From an uncultured Gemmatimonadales bacterium (lineage in GTDB: Bacteria > Gemmatimonadota > Gemmatimonadetes > Gemmatimonadales > Gemmatimonadaceae), in assembly GCA_963851265.1 (NCBI GenBank), contig CAWKNZ010000007.1:160001-224000 (forward strand): a stretch of DNA of 64,000 nt, in the 5' to 3' direction. The translations under genes were made by a program, and so were the position numbers. Under the pieces are notes generated by a model. It was not told where the DNA came from. It made no database searches and saw only the letters and a program-made list of their open reading frames with translations. Shown in pieces: positions 48,816-59,223 of this stretch. Within the stretch, counting starts at the first letter, position 1, and each line of letters opens with the position of its first letter.

Positions 48816-50723
48816 GTGACACCGCGGCGTCTGGCGCGTCGGAGGGAGAGTGTGGCGACCACGCCACACCCCCCCTCGTCGCATCCGACCTCCCCACCGC
48901 CGGTCCCGCCTCGCGTGCTCGTTGCCCCCGCCGCCATCGCCCTCGTCCGGCGTGCGTTCGCGCTGTTCGTCCGCCCCAACCGGCGCCGCGTCGCGATCAC
49001 GTTCGCCGGCGCGCTCAGCGTCGCGGTCGCCGCAGCGGCCGAGCCGCTCGTCTTTCGCTCGCTCGTCGACTTCCTCACGAGCGCGGCGCGCGCGGGTGGG
49101 GTGGGCGCGTCGCCGGCGGCGCTGCGTGGACTCGCGCAGGCGGTGGGCGCGATCGCGGTCGTGCTCGCGTGGCGTACGCTCGCCGGCGCGCGCGTCACCG
49201 TGGCGACGTGGCAGGTGCGGCTCGGCGTCGAGTACCAGCTCCGCCGACACGTCGCGGCCAAGCTGAGCGTGCTCTCGCCGCACACGCAGGCCGAGATCGG
49301 CACGGGCGGCCTGCGCTACGCCATCGAGAGCAGTGCGCCGCAGACCGCGGGCGCGTTCACGGACGTCGCCTACCGCCTGTTACCGACCGTCGTCTACGTC
49401 ACCGTCGCGGCGTGGGGCATGTGGCGGCTGCAGCCCGCGCTCGCCGCGGCCGTGCTCTGCCTCGTCCCGATCCCGGCCGCGCTCGCCGCCGCCGCCGCGC
49501 CGCAACAGGCCGCGCGCGACGCGATGCACCACACGTTCTGGACCCGGCTCTGGGCCTGGTACGGCGAGGTGCTGCACGGAATGGGCACCGTGCGCGCGTT
49601 CACCAACGAGCGCGCCGAGGAGCACCGCTTCCTGCGCCGCACGCGCTGGGCGTTCGCGAGCATCCGCCGCGGGGTGCACTCCGACGCCCGCGTCACGGCC
49701 GCCGCGGGCGCGGCCGAACTCGTCGCGCGCCTCGCGGTGCTCGGCTACGGCGGCTGGCTCGTGCTCCGCGGCGCGCTCACGTTAGGCGCTCTCCTCGCGC
49801 TGTGGGGCTACGTCGGCGGCGTGTTCGCGCCGGTGTCGCTGCTGGTCGAGACGTACCCGGCCGTGCGCAAGGCCGTCGTCGCGCTCGAGTCGGTGTTCCG
49901 AGTGCTCGACGCCGAAGAGGAGTCGCCCGACCTGCCCGACGCCGTGCCCGCGCCCGTACTCCGTGGGCGCGTGACGTTCGAGAACGTCCGCTTCTCGTAC
50001 GACGGCGCGCGCGCCGCGCTCGACGGGCTGCGCGTGGACGTCGCGCCGGGCGAGACCGTCGCGCTCGTCGGCCCGTCGGGCGGCGGCAAGTCGACCGTGC
50101 TGCGCCTGGTGCAGCGCGTGCACCAGCCGACGAGCGGGCGGGTTCTGCTCGACGGCCATGACCTGCGCGGGCTGCAGGTGGCGAGCGTCCGGCGCCAACT
50201 CGGCGTCGTGCCGCAGGAGGTGGTGCTCTTCGCGGGTTCGATCGCCGCGAACATCGCGTACGGGCGTCCGACGGCCACGCGCGCCGAGGTCGAGGCGGCC
50301 GCGCGTGCCGCGAACGCGGACGAGTTCATCCGGGCCATGCCCGGCGGCTACGAGCATCGCGTGGGCGAGGGCGGCCGCGGACTCTCGGGCGGTCAGCGCC
50401 AGCGGATCGCCATCGCGCGTGCGTTCCTCGTCGACCCCGCGGTGCTCCTGCTCGACGAGGCCACGGCCGCGCTCGATGCAGAGAGCGAGCGCGCGGTGCA
50501 GGACGCGTTGCGCGCGCTCCGGCGCGGGCGCACGACGTTCGTCGTCGCACACCGTCTCAACACCGTGCGCGACGCCGACCGGATCCTCGTCGTGCAGGGC
50601 GGCCGGATCGTCGGCGACGGGCCGCACGAGCGCCTGCTCACGGACTGCCCCACGTACGCCGCGCTGGTCGCGCAGCAGCTCGGGGCGGCGGAGCGACCGC
50701 CGGCGCTGCGACTGGCCGCGTGA
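48816..50723 (+). CDS. ABC exporter, fused permease-ATPase (MsbA/MdlB-like)
   Basis: N-terminal TMD, GPSGGGKS, LSGGQRQR, LLLDEAT, AHRL. Confidence 0.93.
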   Translation: MTPRRLARRRESVATTPHPPSSHPTSPPPVPPRVLVAPAAIALVRRAFALFVRPNRRRVAITFAGALSVAVAAAAEPLVFRSLVDFLTSAARAGGVGASPAALRGLAQAVGAIAVVLAWRTLAGARVTVATWQVRLGVEYQLRRHVAAKLSVLSPHTQAEIGTGGLRYAIESSAPQTAGAFTDVAYRLLPTVVYVTVAAWGMWRLQPALAAAVLCLVPIPAALAAAAAPQQAARDAMHHTFWTRLWAWYGEVLHGMGTVRAFTNERAEEHRFLRRTRWAFASIRRGVHSDARVTAAAGAAELVARLAVLGYGGWLVLRGALTLGALLALWGYVGGVFAPVSLLVETYPAVRKAVVALESVFRVLDAEEESPDLPDAVPAPVLRGRVTFENVRFSYDGARAALDGLRVDVAPGETVALVGPSGGGKSTVLRLVQRVHQPTSGRVLLDGHDLRGLQVASVRRQLGVVPQEVVLFAGSIAANIAYGRPTATRAEVEAAARAANADEFIRAMPGGYEHRVGEGGRGLSGGQRQRIAIARAFLVDPAVLLLDEATAALDAESERAVQDALRALRRGRTTFVVAHRLNTVRDADRILVVQGGRIVGDGPHERLLTDCPTYAALVAQQLGAAERPPALRLAA

Positions 50724-50879
50724 CGTAGCGCGCGGTCCGGCGCCCGGGCCGCGCGATCCGACGCGCCCGCCGCCGATGCGGGCGGCGGCCGGTCTTGCGG
50801 GCGGGTGCCGCGCGCCGTACAACAGCGCCGGGGGAGCCTGCCGCGCCCCGCCTGCGTCCGCCACCCCGACCCGCCGCCC

Positions 50880-52238
50880 ATGCCGCCTGTCGGTCCCCGC
50901 ACGGCCCTCGCGCCGGGCGAGCGCGTCTGCATCGTGGGTGCGGGGTGCTCGGGGATCGCCACGGCCAAGGCTCTCGCCGAGCGCGGCGTGCCGTTCGACT
51001 GCTACGAACAGGGCTCGGCGTTAGGCGGCCTCTGGCCGTACGAGAACGACAACGGCCGGAGCGGGGCGTACGAGTCGCTCCACCTCGACTCGAGCACGCG
51101 GAACACGCAGTTCTCCGACTTTCCGATGCCGGAGAACTACGCCGACTTCCCGCAACACGCCGACGTGCTGCGGTACCTCGAAGCGTACGCCGAGCACTTC
51201 GGCGTGACGCCGCACGTCCGCTTCCGCACCGACGTGGTGCGCGTCGTCCCGACCCGCGACGCGGCCCGGAACTCGAGCGCGATCGCCTGGGACGTGACCC
51301 TGCGCGACCGCGACGGCGCGCACGAGACGCGGCGGTTCGGGGCCGTCGCGGTGTGCACGGGGCACCACTGGAACCCGCGCGTCCCCGACTACCCGGGCCA
51401 CTTCGACGGCGAAACGCTGCACTCGCACGACTACCGCCGTCCGGACGCGTACGCGAAGCGGCGCGTGCTCGTCGTCGGCATCGGCAACTCCGCCGTCGAC
51501 ATCGCGGTCGACCTCGTGGGTGTGGCCGGACGCGTGACGCTTTCGACGCGCTCGAGCGCGTGGATCGTCCCGAAATACCTGCTGGGTCGTCCGGCCGACC
51601 GCTGGATCACGCGCGCGAGCGAGCGCGTCCCGCGGTGGATCCGGGCGTGCGCGTACCGCGTGCTCGTCTACCTCGCGGCCGGCGACCAGACGCGCCACGG
51701 CATCCTCGCCGCGCACCCGACGCTGACCCAGGACCTGCTCACACACGTCGCGCACGGGCGCGTCGCGGTGCGGCCGAACGTCGCCGAGTTGGACGGATCG
51801 GAGGTCGTGTTCGAGGACGGCACGCGCGAGCCGTTCGACGCCATCGTCTATGCGACGGGGTACCGCGTGACGTTCCCGTTCCTCGCGCCCGACGTGGTCG
51901 CGGTCGACGAGAATCGCGTGGCGCTCTATCAGCACGTGGTCGAGCCGCGGGTCCCCGGGCTCTACTTCGTCGGGCTCGTCCAGCCGGCCGGGTCGGTGGT
52001 CCCGATCGCCGAGCGGCAGGGGCGGTGGGTCGCCGGGCTCGTCGCCGGCGACTGGATCCTGCCCGACGTCGACACGATGCGGCGCTCGATCGCGGCCGAG
52101 GCCCGGGCGGTCGCCGCGCGCCACCGTGCGTCGGCGCGGCACGCGATGCAGGTCGACTTCTGGACGTACGCGGGCCAGATCGAGCGCGAGATGCGCGACG
52201 GCGCGCGGCGGATCGGCGCGCGCCGCGCCGTCGCCTAA
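50880..52238 (+). CDS. flavin-containing monooxygenase (class B FMO)
   Basis: GAGCSG, GGLW, FDGETLHSHDYR fingerprint, GIGNSA, ATGY. Confidence 0.92.
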   Translation: MPPVGPRTALAPGERVCIVGAGCSGIATAKALAERGVPFDCYEQGSALGGLWPYENDNGRSGAYESLHLDSSTRNTQFSDFPMPENYADFPQHADVLRYLEAYAEHFGVTPHVRFRTDVVRVVPTRDAARNSSAIAWDVTLRDRDGAHETRRFGAVAVCTGHHWNPRVPDYPGHFDGETLHSHDYRRPDAYAKRRVLVVGIGNSAVDIAVDLVGVAGRVTLSTRSSAWIVPKYLLGRPADRWITRASERVPRWIRACAYRVLVYLAAGDQTRHGILAAHPTLTQDLLTHVAHGRVAVRPNVAELDGSEVVFEDGTREPFDAIVYATGYRVTFPFLAPDVVAVDENRVALYQHVVEPRVPGLYFVGLVQPAGSVVPIAERQGRWVAGLVAGDWILPDVDTMRRSIAAEARAVAARHRASARHAMQVDFWTYAGQIEREMRDGARRIGARRAVA

Positions 52239-52257
52239 CGCGGAATCGCGTCCCGCG

Positions 52258-53184
52258 TCAGTGTGCGGGCCACAGCCACGCCGCGCCGCGCACGCCGCTG
52301 GAGTCACCGTGGAGCGCGCGCACGACGCGCGTGGCGAGCGGCGGCGCGCCCGCCGCCCCGCCCGTGGCGGAGAAGACGTTCGCCCCCAGTCGCGCCCCCG
52401 CGGCCTCGGCCATGCCGGGCACGTTCGACATGCCGCCGCCGAGCACGACGACGTCGGGGTCGAGCAGGTTCACGACCGTCCCGAGCGCGCGAGCGAGCCG
52501 GTCGTGGTAGCGCTCGAGCGACGCGACGGCCCCGGGTTCGCCGCGGGCCGCCGCCGCGACGATCTCGACGGTCGTGCGCGATTCCCCCGTGTGCGCGGCG
52601 TGGTCGCGCGCGAAGGCCGGCCCCGACACGAACTGCTCGACGCAGCCGGTGCGGCCGCAGTAGCAGGGCGGCCCGGGCAGCTCGTCGGCGCGCGCCCACG
52701 GCAGCGGGTTGTGGCCCCACTCGCCGCCGAGCGAGTTCGCGCCGGTGAGGCAGGCGCCGTCGACGACCACGCCGCCCCCCACGCCGGTCCCGAGAATCAC
52801 GCCGAAGACCACCGGCGCGCCGGCGCCCGCGCCGTCGGCCGCCTCGGAGAGCGCGAAGCAGTTGGCGTCGTTGGTCAGCCGCACGCGGCGGCCCAGCGCG
52901 AGCGCGAGGTCGTCGCCTAACGGACGGCCGTTGAGCCACGTCGAGTTCGCGTTCTTGACGAGGCCCGTGGCGGGGACGACCGCGCCGGGGATTCCGATGC
53001 CGACCGGCGCGTCACCCGCCACGTCCGCGGCGCGCGCGACATCCGCGACGAGGGACGCCACGGCGGCGAGCGTTCCGGCGTAGTCACGCGGCGTCGGTAC
53101 GCGCCGCCGAACCACCTCGCCGCCGTCGTCCGCGAGGGCGAGCGCTTCGATCTTGGTACCGCCGAGGTCTATGCCGAGCCGCAT
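52258..53184 (-). CDS. ROK family sugar kinase (Mak/fructokinase-like)
   Basis: GIDLGGTK, NDANCFALSE, LGTGVGGG, GEWGH, CYCGRTGC, GDSSGVRGAA. Confidence 0.92.
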   Translation of the reverse strand: MRLGIDLGGTKIEALALADDGGEVVRRRVPTPRDYAGTLAAVASLVADVARAADVAGDAPVGIGIPGAVVPATGLVKNANSTWLNGRPLGDDLALALGRRVRLTNDANCFALSEAADGAGAGAPVVFGVILGTGVGGGVVVDGACLTGANSLGGEWGHNPLPWARADELPGPPCYCGRTGCVEQFVSGPAFARDHAAHTGESRTTVEIVAAAARGEPGAVASLERYHDRLARALGTVVNLLDPDVVVLGGGMSNVPGMAEAAGARLGANVFSATGGAAGAPPLATRVVRALHGDSSGVRGAAWLWPAH

Positions 53185-53448
53185 CTCGCGCGTGGGTGTG
53201 ATGGAAACGGGGCGGACGCACCGATAATGGCTGAGTCCGCCGTGTCTGGTCCGCCGGCTGCGGAAAGCTACGTCGGCGTCGGCACCTCGGGCCCCTGCCG
53301 CGCGCGGGCATGCGGCCGTCGCCCGGCGCGGCCGGTCCTGCCCGAACGACGGCCGAACCCGCCATTTGCGCGGTGCGTAGCACCGATAATGCTCGGAGGG
53401 CTCGCCTATGCGCGGCGAACGGCACGCGCCCGTCTCAACCCACGAGAA

Positions 53449-54507
53449 ATGATCCCGACACACGGTTACGCGGCATACGACGCGACGTCCCCCCTGGCCC
53501 CGTGGCGCTTCGAGCGCCGCGACCCGGGGCCGCGCGACGTCCGCATCGACATCCTGTTCTGCGGCATCTGCCACTCCGACCTCCACACCGTCCGCGGCGA
53601 GTGGGGCCCGATCAAGTACCCGCAGGTCCCGGGGCACGAGATCGTCGGACGCGTCGCGTCGGTCGGCGGCGACGTGCGCGGCTTCCGCGAGGGCGACCTC
53701 GTGGGCGTGGGGTGCATGGTCGACAGCTGCCAGGCGTGCGACAGCTGCCGCGACGGGCTGGAACAGTACTGCGAGGTGGGCTTCACCGGGACGTACGGGG
53801 GCACCGAGAAGGAGACCGGCCGCCCGACGCAAGGCGGCTACTCGAACACGATCGTCGTCGACGAGAAGTTCGTGCTCCGCGTGCCCGACGGTCTCGACCC
53901 GGCATCCGCCGCGCCGCTCCTGTGCGCCGGGATCACCACATACTCGCCGCTGCACGAGTGGCGCGTCGGCCCCGGCCAGCGCGTCGGCGTCGTGGGCCTC
54001 GGCGGCCTCGGGCACATGGCCGTGAAGATCGCGCGGGCGATGGGCGCGGAGGTCACGCTGTTCACCACCTCGCCCAACAAGGCGGAGGACGCGCGGCGCC
54101 TCGGCGCGACCGACGTCGTCGTCTCGCGCGACGAGGCGCAGATGAAATCCACGGTGAACTCGCTCGACCTGATCATCGACACGGTTTCGGCGCCGCACGA
54201 CCTCGGCCCCGAACTCAATGCGCTGCGGCGCGACGGTACGCTCGTGCTCCTCGGCGGCTCGCCCGAGCCGCACGTCGTCCCCCAGGTGTGGCCGTTCATC
54301 ACGGGCCGGCGGCGGCTCGCCGGCTCGCTCATCGGCGGCATCCGCGAGACGCAGGACATGCTGGACTTCTGCGCCTCGCACGGGTTCGGCGCCGACATCG
54401 AGGTGATCCCGGTGCAGCGGATCGACGAGGGCTACACCCGGATGCTGAAGGGCGACGTGAAGTACCGGTTCGTGATCGACATGGCGTCGCTCGACGCGAC
54501 GGCGTGA
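53449..54507 (+). CDS. Zn-dependent NAD(P)H alcohol dehydrogenase (YahK/AdhC-like)
   Basis: CGICHSD, GHEIVG, structural Zn Cys cluster, APLLCAGITTYSPL, GLGGLG, KYRFVID. Confidence 0.95.
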   Translation: MIPTHGYAAYDATSPLAPWRFERRDPGPRDVRIDILFCGICHSDLHTVRGEWGPIKYPQVPGHEIVGRVASVGGDVRGFREGDLVGVGCMVDSCQACDSCRDGLEQYCEVGFTGTYGGTEKETGRPTQGGYSNTIVVDEKFVLRVPDGLDPASAAPLLCAGITTYSPLHEWRVGPGQRVGVVGLGGLGHMAVKIARAMGAEVTLFTTSPNKAEDARRLGATDVVVSRDEAQMKSTVNSLDLIIDTVSAPHDLGPELNALRRDGTLVLLGGSPEPHVVPQVWPFITGRRRLAGSLIGGIRETQDMLDFCASHGFGADIEVIPVQRIDEGYTRMLKGDVKYRFVIDMASLDATA

Positions 54508-54546
54508 CCTGACGGGCGCCGGCGCGCCGCCCGGGGCCTTCGGCCC

Positions 54547-55863
54547 TCAGGCGTCCGCCGGCGCGTGCGCGGAAGGGCGGTCGCGCAGCCCCCACCACAC
54601 CGGCACCCCCGCGAGCACCGTCGCGAGTCCGAGCAGCGACTCGCGCGGCCGCTCCGCGAGCACGAACCCCAACGTCCAGAGCGACACCGCCACGTAGACG
54701 AGCGGTGTCACAGGGTAGCCCCACGCCCGGTACGGCCGCGGAAGCGCCGGCTCGCGAACGCGGAGCACCAACAGCCCCACCACGGCGAGCAGCGAGGTGA
54801 GCGTGAGCGTGAACCCGGTGTAGGCCATCACGCGCTCGAACGAGTTGGTGAGCAGGAGCAGCGCGACGAGCGCGGCCTGCGCGAACACGGCGTTCCGGGG
54901 CGTACCCCCGGCGGTCCGGGCGGAGAGCACGCCGGCACGCTGCATCCCGCCCGCGACCGCCTGCGTCACGCGCGAGCCGGCGAGCACCATCGCGCTCACC
55001 GTCGCCACGAGCAGGAGGGCGATCGTCGCGCTCACCACCGTCGCGCCGGCGGGGCCGAACGCGTGGCGCGCGGCGAGCGCGCCGACCTCGACGACCCCCT
55101 CGAGGTCGGCGAGCGGGGCGAGCCGCAGGAACGTGTAGTTGAGCAGCAGGTAGCACCACGCGACCAGTCCGGTGCCTAACGCCGCGGCGAGTGGCACGGC
55201 GCGCCGCGGGTCGCGCACCTCGCCCGCGACGTAGCCGGCGGCGTTCCACCCCGTGTAAGCGTACCCCACGTAGACGAGCGACACGGCGAACGCGGGGCTC
55301 GCCACCTCGCGCCACGCGTCGGGCGTGGGCGCGAGCGGGACTGGCTGGCCTCCGCGCGCGAGCCCGGCCGCGACGAACCCGACGATCAGCAGCAGGTTGG
55401 CCACGGTGAGCGCCACCTGCACGCGGCGCCCGGCCGTGAGGTTGGTGGCATGGAGCAGCGCGGCCGCACCAACGAGGACGAGCGAGGCGGGCAGCGGCGC
55501 CACCGGGACGACCGCGCCGACGTAGCGACCGAACGCGATGCCTGCCAGGGCGATAGGCGCGGCGAAACCCGCGGTCATCGACACCCATCCGCCGAGGAAA
55601 CCGACGAGCGGATGGTACGCGCGCCCGAGGTAGACGTACTCGCCGCCCGAGCGCGGCAGAGCGGCGCCGAGCTCGGCGTACGACAAGGCGCCGCAGGCGG
55701 CGGCGACGCCGCCCACCACCCAGAGCAGCAGGAGGGCGAACGTCGTGTGCAGGCCGCGCGCCTGGAAGCCGAGCGACGTGAACACGCCGGTGCCGACCAT
55801 GTTGCTCACGAGCAGCGCCGTGAGCGTGACGCGACCGATGCCGTCGCCGACCGCGCCGGTCAC
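54547..55863 (-). CDS. APC family amino-acid permease
   Basis: NMVGTGVF, YAELG..PRSGGEY, YAYTGWN, RPYRAWGYP. Confidence 0.92.
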   Translation of the reverse strand: MTGAVGDGIGRVTLTALLVSNMVGTGVFTSLGFQARGLHTTFALLLLWVVGGVAAACGALSYAELGAALPRSGGEYVYLGRAYHPLVGFLGGWVSMTAGFAAPIALAGIAFGRYVGAVVPVAPLPASLVLVGAAALLHATNLTAGRRVQVALTVANLLLIVGFVAAGLARGGQPVPLAPTPDAWREVASPAFAVSLVYVGYAYTGWNAAGYVAGEVRDPRRAVPLAAALGTGLVAWCYLLLNYTFLRLAPLADLEGVVEVGALAARHAFGPAGATVVSATIALLLVATVSAMVLAGSRVTQAVAGGMQRAGVLSARTAGGTPRNAVFAQAALVALLLLTNSFERVMAYTGFTLTLTSLLAVVGLLVLRVREPALPRPYRAWGYPVTPLVYVAVSLWTLGFVLAERPRESLLGLATVLAGVPVWWGLRDRPSAHAPADA

Positions 55864-55887
55864 GCGGGGGAGGGGTTCACGCCGGGG

Positions 55888-57612
55888 TCACGCCGGGGTC
55901 GTGCTCGCGGGCGGGTCGTCGCGCAGCACGCGGCGGAGCACCTTCCCCACGGTGGAACGCGGCAGCGTGTCGCGCAGCTCGATGGTGCGTGGCACCTTGA
56001 ACGACGCGAGCCCGGTGCGGCAGTGCGCGACGAGCTCTTCGGCGGTCGCGGCCGCGCCGGGGCGGAGCACGACCGCGGCACGCACCACCTCGCCCATGTA
56101 CGCGTCGGGTGCGGCGAACGCCGCCGCCTCCTGCACCGCCGGGTGTTCGTGCAGCAACTCCTCGATTTCGCGCGGATAGACGTTGTAGCCGCCGACGAGG
56201 ATCAGGTCCTTCTTGCGATCGACGATGCGCACGTAACCGTCGCCGTCCATTACGCCGACGTCGCCGGTGTGGAGCCACGGCGAACCGCCGTCGCCGTGGT
56301 CGCGCAACGCCGCCGCGGTCTCGTCGGGCCGGTCGTAGTACCCGAGCATGACGTTGGGCCCGCGCACGCAGACCTCGCCCGGCTCGCCCGCGCCCACCGG
56401 GCGGCCATCGTCGTCGACGAGCACGCAATCGACGTCGCTGATCGGCACGCCGACCGTGCCCTCGTGCGGCGCGCGGCCGGGCACCTGGGCGTGCGTCGTC
56501 GGCGCCGCCTCACTCAGCCCGTAGCCCTCCAGGATCGACACGCCCGTGCGCGCGGTGAACTCCCGCGCGACCTCGACGGGGAGCGGCGCGGAACCGGAGT
56601 TGACGAGCTTCAGGCGCGCGAACGCGGACGCCCGCGACGGGTCGGCCGCGAGCGCGGCGTTGAACGCGACGAACATCGCCGGCACGCCCGGAAACACCGT
56701 GGCCCGCGTGCGTTCGAGCAGGTCGAGCGCATCCGTCACGTCGAAGCGCGGCAGCAACGCGAGGGTCGCCCCGCCCGCGACCACGCTGAGGTTGAGCGCG
56801 CAGGTCAGTCCGTAGATGTGAAAGAAGGGGATGATCGCGACGCACGTCTCCGCGCCGTCCGTCAGCTGCGGGCACCAGGCGTGCGACTGGAGCGCGTTGG
56901 CCACCACGTTACGGTGCGAGAGCATGGCGCCCTTGCTCGCGCCGGTCGTGCCGCCCGTGTACTGCAGCACGGCGACGTCGCGGTCGACGTCCACCGCGAC
57001 GGGCGCGGCGGGGCCGCGCGCCTCGGCCAGCAGCGCCTCGAGCCGGTACACGCCCTCCCGCTCGGGAACCTCGATATAGGTGCCCTCCGCGCGCGCTCTG
57101 GCGACGTAGCCGGCCGCGACGGGCGCGGGCATCGCCTCTTCCAGCCCCGTCACGACCACGCGGCGTACCGGCGTTCCCCCGGCAATCGCGTCGAACACGC
57201 GCAGCATCGGCGCGAGCACGACGAACGTCTCCGCGCCCGAGTCGCGCAACACGTGGCCGAGTTCGCGCGGCGTGTAGAGCGGGTTGAGGCCGAGCACCGT
57301 CGCGCCCGCGCGCAGCGCGCCGTAGAACGCGACCGCGAACTGCGGGCAGTTGGGCAGCATGAGTGCCACGCGGTCGCCCTTGCGGATGCCTAACGACTGG
57401 AGCGCCGCGGCGAACCGCTCCACGCGGTCGTGCAGCTCGCGGAAGGACGTGGTCGCCCCGTAGAACAGGAAGAGCGCGCGGTCACCGAACCGTTCGGCCG
57501 CGGAGCGCACGTACGCGTGGAGCGGCAGGTCCGGGTAGGGCGCGAGACTGCGCGGCACGATGGCCGGGTACTGCGCGAGCCAGGGGCGGGTGCTCGGGAC
57601 GGTCGCAGTCAT
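55888..57612 (-). CDS. long-chain fatty acid-CoA ligase (FadD-like)
   Basis: YTGGTTGASKG, EGYGLSE, WLHTGD, DRKKDLI, VGKVLRR. Confidence 0.93.
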   Translation of the reverse strand: MTATVPSTRPWLAQYPAIVPRSLAPYPDLPLHAYVRSAAERFGDRALFLFYGATTSFRELHDRVERFAAALQSLGIRKGDRVALMLPNCPQFAVAFYGALRAGATVLGLNPLYTPRELGHVLRDSGAETFVVLAPMLRVFDAIAGGTPVRRVVVTGLEEAMPAPVAAGYVARARAEGTYIEVPEREGVYRLEALLAEARGPAAPVAVDVDRDVAVLQYTGGTTGASKGAMLSHRNVVANALQSHAWCPQLTDGAETCVAIIPFFHIYGLTCALNLSVVAGGATLALLPRFDVTDALDLLERTRATVFPGVPAMFVAFNAALAADPSRASAFARLKLVNSGSAPLPVEVAREFTARTGVSILEGYGLSEAAPTTHAQVPGRAPHEGTVGVPISDVDCVLVDDDGRPVGAGEPGEVCVRGPNVMLGYYDRPDETAAALRDHGDGGSPWLHTGDVGVMDGDGYVRIVDRKKDLILVGGYNVYPREIEELLHEHPAVQEAAAFAAPDAYMGEVVRAAVVLRPGAAATAEELVAHCRTGLASFKVPRTIELRDTLPRSTVGKVLRRVLRDDPPASTTPA

Positions 57613-57727
57613 GGGGGCGAGCGGGTGCCGGTGGGCGAAGGGCGGCGTGGTGTGCCGCGCGCGAAAGGTGGCCGCCGGCGCGCGCGGGCGGTACGTGGTG
57701 ACCGGGGGATGCGCTAGACTGCCCACC

Positions 57728-58567
57728 ATGGGTTCTCGCATCGCGCTCGTCTGCATCGACGTCGACGGCACGCTCGTCGGCAGCTCCGGCGTCGTGCCGG
57801 CGTCGGTCTGGCCCGCCGCCGCGCGCCTGCGCGCGCGCGGCGTGCGCCTCGCCATCTGCTCGGGGCGGGCGGCGCTCGGCAAGGCACGCGCCTTCGCCGA
57901 GCGGCTCGACGCCGACGGCTGGCACATCTTCCAGAATGGCGCGAGCGTCGTCCAGCTGCCCACCGGAACGTCGCGTTCGGTGCCGCTCCCCGCGGGTGCG
58001 GTCGACTTCCTCGTGCGGCGCACACGCGAGGCACGCGCGGCCGGGTCGGGGCGCATCCTCGAGCTCTACCGGGACGCATCGTACGTCGTCGACGACGCGC
58101 CGGGCGTGCCGGGCGACCGTGGCAGCCGACACGCCGACCTACTCGGCATTCCCTACGCGCCGCACCCGCTCGACCGGTTGGCGGCCGCGCTCGGCGGGCC
58201 GGCGGTGCGCGCGCAGTGGGTGGTCCCGATCGAGGAGACCGACGCGGTCGTGGCCGAGCAGCTGCCGGGGCTCGTCATCGGGCCCGCCGCGTCGCCCGCG
58301 ATGGGCGATTCGATGTTCCTCAACATCACGGCCGCCGGCATCGACAAGGCCAGCGCCGTGCGCACCGTGGCCGACGCCTACGGCGTCCCGATGGCCAGTG
58401 TGATGATGGTCGGCGACGGCGCGAACGACGTGGCCGCCCTGCGCGCGGTCGGCCTCGGCGTCGCCATGGGCAACGCCGAACCCGAGGCGATCGCCGCCGC
58501 GACGCGCACCGTGGCCGACGTCGACGACGGCGGGCTCCTCGAGGCGCTCGCCCTGGCGGGCGACTGA
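57728..58567 (+). CDS. Cof-type HAD-IIB hydrolase
   Basis: DVDGTL, SGR, K, GDGAND, AMGNA. Confidence 0.92.
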   Translation: MGSRIALVCIDVDGTLVGSSGVVPASVWPAAARLRARGVRLAICSGRAALGKARAFAERLDADGWHIFQNGASVVQLPTGTSRSVPLPAGAVDFLVRRTREARAAGSGRILELYRDASYVVDDAPGVPGDRGSRHADLLGIPYAPHPLDRLAAALGGPAVRAQWVVPIEETDAVVAEQLPGLVIGPAASPAMGDSMFLNITAAGIDKASAVRTVADAYGVPMASVMMVGDGANDVAALRAVGLGVAMGNAEPEAIAAATRTVADVDDGGLLEALALAGD

Positions 58568-58577
58568 GGGCCGCGCC

Positions 58578-59192
58578 GTGGCGTTAGGCGACATCATCCG
58601 CGCGGCCGCGGACCGGCTCGGCGTCCCGCTCCCGCCGCCCCGCGCCGTGTACTCGGTACAGGGCATGCGCGTCGCGGTCGAGAACACGCGGGCCGACGTG
58701 TCGACCCCGGCGGTGCTCGAGCGCCTCGACGAGGCCCTCCGGCTCATCGCCCACTACCAGCCGTGGCGCCTCGCGCACCTTCGCCGCGACGCGCGCGAGA
58801 TCCGCGTCGTGCGGTTCGCCTGCCGCGGCGCGTTCCTCCCCGCCGAACGCGCGGTGATCACCGAGCTCACGTTCCTCGCGCGGCGCGACATCACCGCCGC
58901 GCCCGTCGCGTCGTCGATCGTACACGAGGGGGTGCACGCGCGCCTGCACGCCGCGTCGGAGCGCTTCGGCTGGCGACGCGACGAGGAGCGGTGGGCGGCC
59001 GACCTGCCGCGCGAGGAGCGACTGTGCCGGCGTGCGGAGGTCGAGTTTGGGCGCGCGCTCCCGCCGGCGCTCGGCGCGCCGGTGATCGCGCGGGCGGCGG
59101 GGATGCTCGACCTCGCCGACGAGGACGTGGCGCCCGCCGTCGACTGGCAGCTGGCCGAGGAGCGGATTCGGGGCGCGGACCGCGGTGCCTGA
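58578..59192 (+). CDS. hypothetical protein with HExxH motif
   Basis: SIVHEGVHARL with downstream EERLC. Confidence 0.65.
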   Translation: MALGDIIRAAADRLGVPLPPPRAVYSVQGMRVAVENTRADVSTPAVLERLDEALRLIAHYQPWRLAHLRRDAREIRVVRFACRGAFLPAERAVITELTFLARRDITAAPVASSIVHEGVHARLHAASERFGWRRDEERWAADLPREERLCRRAEVEFGRALPPALGAPVIARAAGMLDLADEDVAPAVDWQLAEERIRGADRGA

Positions 59193-59223
59193 CCCGGAGC
59201 GCGCCGCGCGCCCGGGCGGACGG

